Shown: one piece after another, positions 60,813 to 64,000 of the stretch
How the letters are laid out: each line of letters opens with the position of its first letter
Position numbering within the stretch: the first letter of the stretch is position 1
DNA from: Macrostomum lignano
Taxonomy: Eukaryota
Reading direction: 5' to 3'
DNA: 64,000 bases
Assembly (NCBI GenBank): GCA_002269645.1
Contig: NIVC01003745.1
Coordinates: 15,156 to 79,155 of the forward strand
Program-made: the position numbers and the translations under genes
The notes under the pieces: generated by a model
What the model was told of the DNA's origin: nothing
Seen by the model: only the letters and a program-made list of their open reading frames with translations
Databases searched by the model: none

Positions 60813-63800
60813 GTTGCCAATTCACATTTTGAGAAAAGAAGAGGTATGGAATAATGTGTCCATGAATGGTGCCAAGCTGCTGTTTGACAATGTTTAGGAC
60901 ATTGTTGTACTTGCCACATTCTCTGTTGCCTTCAATTTGCAGCACATGCCTTCTCTAGAGGCATTTCTAGAGGCATTCGAAGTTATTTCTAACTTGCGTC
61001 AGTGTGATGCCATTTCTCGAGAGTCTGCACAGTTGCTGGTAGCAGGCTTTTGTTAGATGTGGTGCACTTGACACTCTTAAAGTAGCAGTTGAACACATTA
61101 TACAATTTTGTCATCAACAAAGCTGTTAAGATTAAAATTAAAAAATAAACAAATCAACATAATATTAATTCATATTAATTCTTAATTAATATACGAGTAT
61201 AATTTCTAATTCAGTATCTTTAAAAAGCATGAATTTAAGAATAAAGAATTTTTTTGCCTTAAATAATTTTTTATGCAATATTTGTAACTCATAAGGGAAA
61301 ATTAAGGGCTGGGCTGGACCTCTGTATGGACCTTATATTGGACTTTAACATCCAGACCTTTACAAACATCTGGACCTTTAGAGGTCCGTATATAGTGACA
61401 GTGCAAACCTTTGCATATGGACCTTCTGTGGACCTTTTTGGGACCTTCTTGGTTTACAGTATAGAACTAGAAGACCAGCTGAGAAGCTATGTCAACAAGA
61501 AGTAGAATCAGCATCATCAGATGAAGAAGACCAAATCAATTGGCAATGCAAGCTCTGTGATGGAAATGAATCAGTAAGAGGAAGTGACTTAGAGATAGAA
61601 GTAAAAATTAGGGAGGAAGGAAGTGAAGAAGAGAGTACACAGCATGAGAGCTCAGAGGAAGAGATTGAGGAAAGTGAGAAGGGAGAGGATGAAGGAGAGA
61701 GGGAAAGTGAGGAGGAGGTTGCACGCAAGTGTAGTGAGTCAAAGGAGGAGATATCGCATGCTGAGCAGAGTGAAGGACAGGATGACATAATACTAGCCAA
61801 AAGGTATAACACGTACAGTCAGACCAAGCCCTCAAACAGACATCAGTGCTATCTGAAAAGTCGAGTCTCTGTGTGGAGTCTATTAGAGGGATTAACATTC
61901 TAAATATAAGGAATTGGTAGCAAGGGTAAGGCACAGAATCAAAGCAAACAAGTAAGACTTCATTGGGCAAGGGGAAGATAAGTATAACAGCCAATTAGAA
62001 GTCAGCTATTGGGAAGGCCAGGACTAGTCAAAAGGGAAATCAAGGCAGTCAGCCAATGAAAATTCAGCTTTTGTCTAAAAGAATTGATGGGCAAATTAAA
62101 ACAAAAACGCCTGGGAAAGGGTGCCAAGCCTATATAAACAAGAACTCAAAGGCGAGAGAAAGTCAATTATAGTTGTGATAACAGATATTAACCATTCTGG
62201 CTTGAATAACCATGTTGGAAAGTAAACCACTATAATGGAAGACACAATTGACATCATTGTGGATGATGATATTCTCGACAGGATATTATGCTAATATGGA
62301 GGTAGACATTAGACAATGAGATAAAAGTGAGCTCAAGCATGAGTACGCCAATGATAGTCACTAATGCCAGTTGCTGCGACTGCAGAAGATGCCGTGATGG
62401 CACCAACAACAATGGTGGCACTAGTAGATTTGACTGCAGAGAACAACGCCGTGATGGTGCCAACCATGGCAGAAAGCCAAGATGTCGAGCAGCTAGTTAG
62501 GCAGCTCAAATCAGTTGTCATTAAGTATACTGCAACAGGAGAGCAGGAAGTCTAGGCAGCCAAGTGGCCAACCTTGGAGAAACAACCACTGGTGTTGCAT
62601 GATCCAAAGGTGCGAGCTCAATTGCTGAGAGACAGGCCAGCAAACTGGTGCCAATTATCGTGGCCATTATGAGGAGACAGCCACAAGGTGCGAGAAGTGC
62701 AGTTTGCATCATAAGACAGTATTGGCCGATTCAACTGAGACCACTGCCAGCAGTTATCAGGTGCCAGCCAGGGGTGACAGCTTCAGCAGTTGGCAGGTGA
62801 CAACCAACGACAGCAGTGTCAGCAAATGGTTGCCTGTGATGACAATGTTAGCAGCTGCTCCGACACAACTGGTAGACAGAACAGCAGTCTACAATTCTGA
62901 AGCAGGGTCAGCAATGGTCCCAAGATTCAGCAGCACAAGGATCAGTCAATGCTGTTTTGTCACCAGATCTCAGTTTGGGCGCCAACTTCCTGACTGTTCT
63001 AGACAAGCTCCCAAGAAGTCAACATGAGCAAATCAAGAGGTTCGTGAAGATGCTAAAGGGACATCTGATACGCATGGCCTATATGCGCACAGACTGGCCC
63101 ATACCTTGCCAGTGCACTCAGGCCAAGCCAGTACTGCGATTGATGGTTCAACAGTTTGACCTTAAGTTGTGGATTGCAGTGGTACAGTACACGCTGTACA
63201 ACCTGAGTCAGGTGGGCCAACATTTCATTGCCTACTATTTCACATTAAGGTCTGGTGGATGGCTGATCAGCTTAGCTGACCATTTTAATGACCAGCTCCC
63301 AGACAAGTTTGAACTGGAACATAACTAAGTAAATTAGATTATTATTAACTATGAACTTTTGCATTAGCATGCTATAATACTATACTTATGCCTTGTGCAT
63401 TTTATAAAATTTATCCTATGCTTATTTCATTTGCATAGTTTCATATGACTCTGCAAATTACATGCTTATTCTGTTTATTTTTATGTTGCTTAATTTCATG
63501 TGACCATAAGAATATGCTTATCTTTGCATGAATTTTACTTGTATGTTACACCTATGCTTTTGCAAGCTCCAAGCCTATGTGAACTTTGCAAACTTTATTT
63601 GATGTGAACTTACTTTTATTTGTGAACCCAGTGAACTATATGTTTTTTATGTTAATAGTCTGCTATTTCTTTGTGACCATTATATTGCTCAGTTTTTGAT
63701 CCTTATGTATTGTGTTTTCTTTCATCATATATTTTATTATTTGTTCACTTAATAATTTGCAAAATAATATTCAGGGAAACCCAATTGGATTGGTGTATTT

Positions 63801-64000
63801 TATTTTAAGAAATATTAGTATTTTATTACCAAGTCAAATTCCTACAAAAATATCATATACACATTATTTGTTTAAATGCACTAGTTGTTTTTAACAAAGT
63901 AATTTTGTTTTAGTGAATTGAATTAATTTGTTTTAGTAAAGTCTTTGTTTAAATGAAGGTAGAGCTAGCTAATGGAAAGAAAGATTTGTCAGTATAAATT

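Overview
Eukaryotic, intron-rich genomic DNA with GC-rich exons, GT-AG introns and a different minisatellite in most introns and spacers. The gene content and repeat style suggest a free-living flatworm such as Macrostomum; this is inference and was not verified. From 1 to about 55.4 kb there are 12 reconstructable protein-coding genes. On the + strand: an AGAP/centaurin-gamma-like ArfGAP, a GABA-B-like class C GPCR and a NAT8/Camello-like acetyltransferase. On the - strand: a secreted Cys-domain/PTTTT mucin-like gene and a run of eight genes (PSMG1, a C2H2 zinc-finger protein, PDCD6/ALG-2, PPIL2, PTPA, TMEM177, a lysosomal-type acid phosphatase and USP16/45). Mobile DNA comprises a truncated LTR element with its 3' LTR, a Harbinger-like MITE, a tRNA/CORE-like SINE and a mariner-derived element. 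After about 55.4 kb the sequence becomes AT-rich, and after about 57.3 kb CpG-poor, with decayed Gypsy and probable CACTA-like remnants. Main leads: (1) the co-oriented housekeeping cluster has a 3' splice acceptor just upstream of nearly every start codon, which looks like an SL-trans-spliced operon; (2) several minisatellites were seeded from splice junctions or the stop codon and create stacks of decoy splice sites; (3) six genes each lack one base in a short C/G run, most likely from assembly error. Most long ORFs in the supplied track are minisatellite translation artefacts. Exon coordinates were read by eye and may be off by a few bases.
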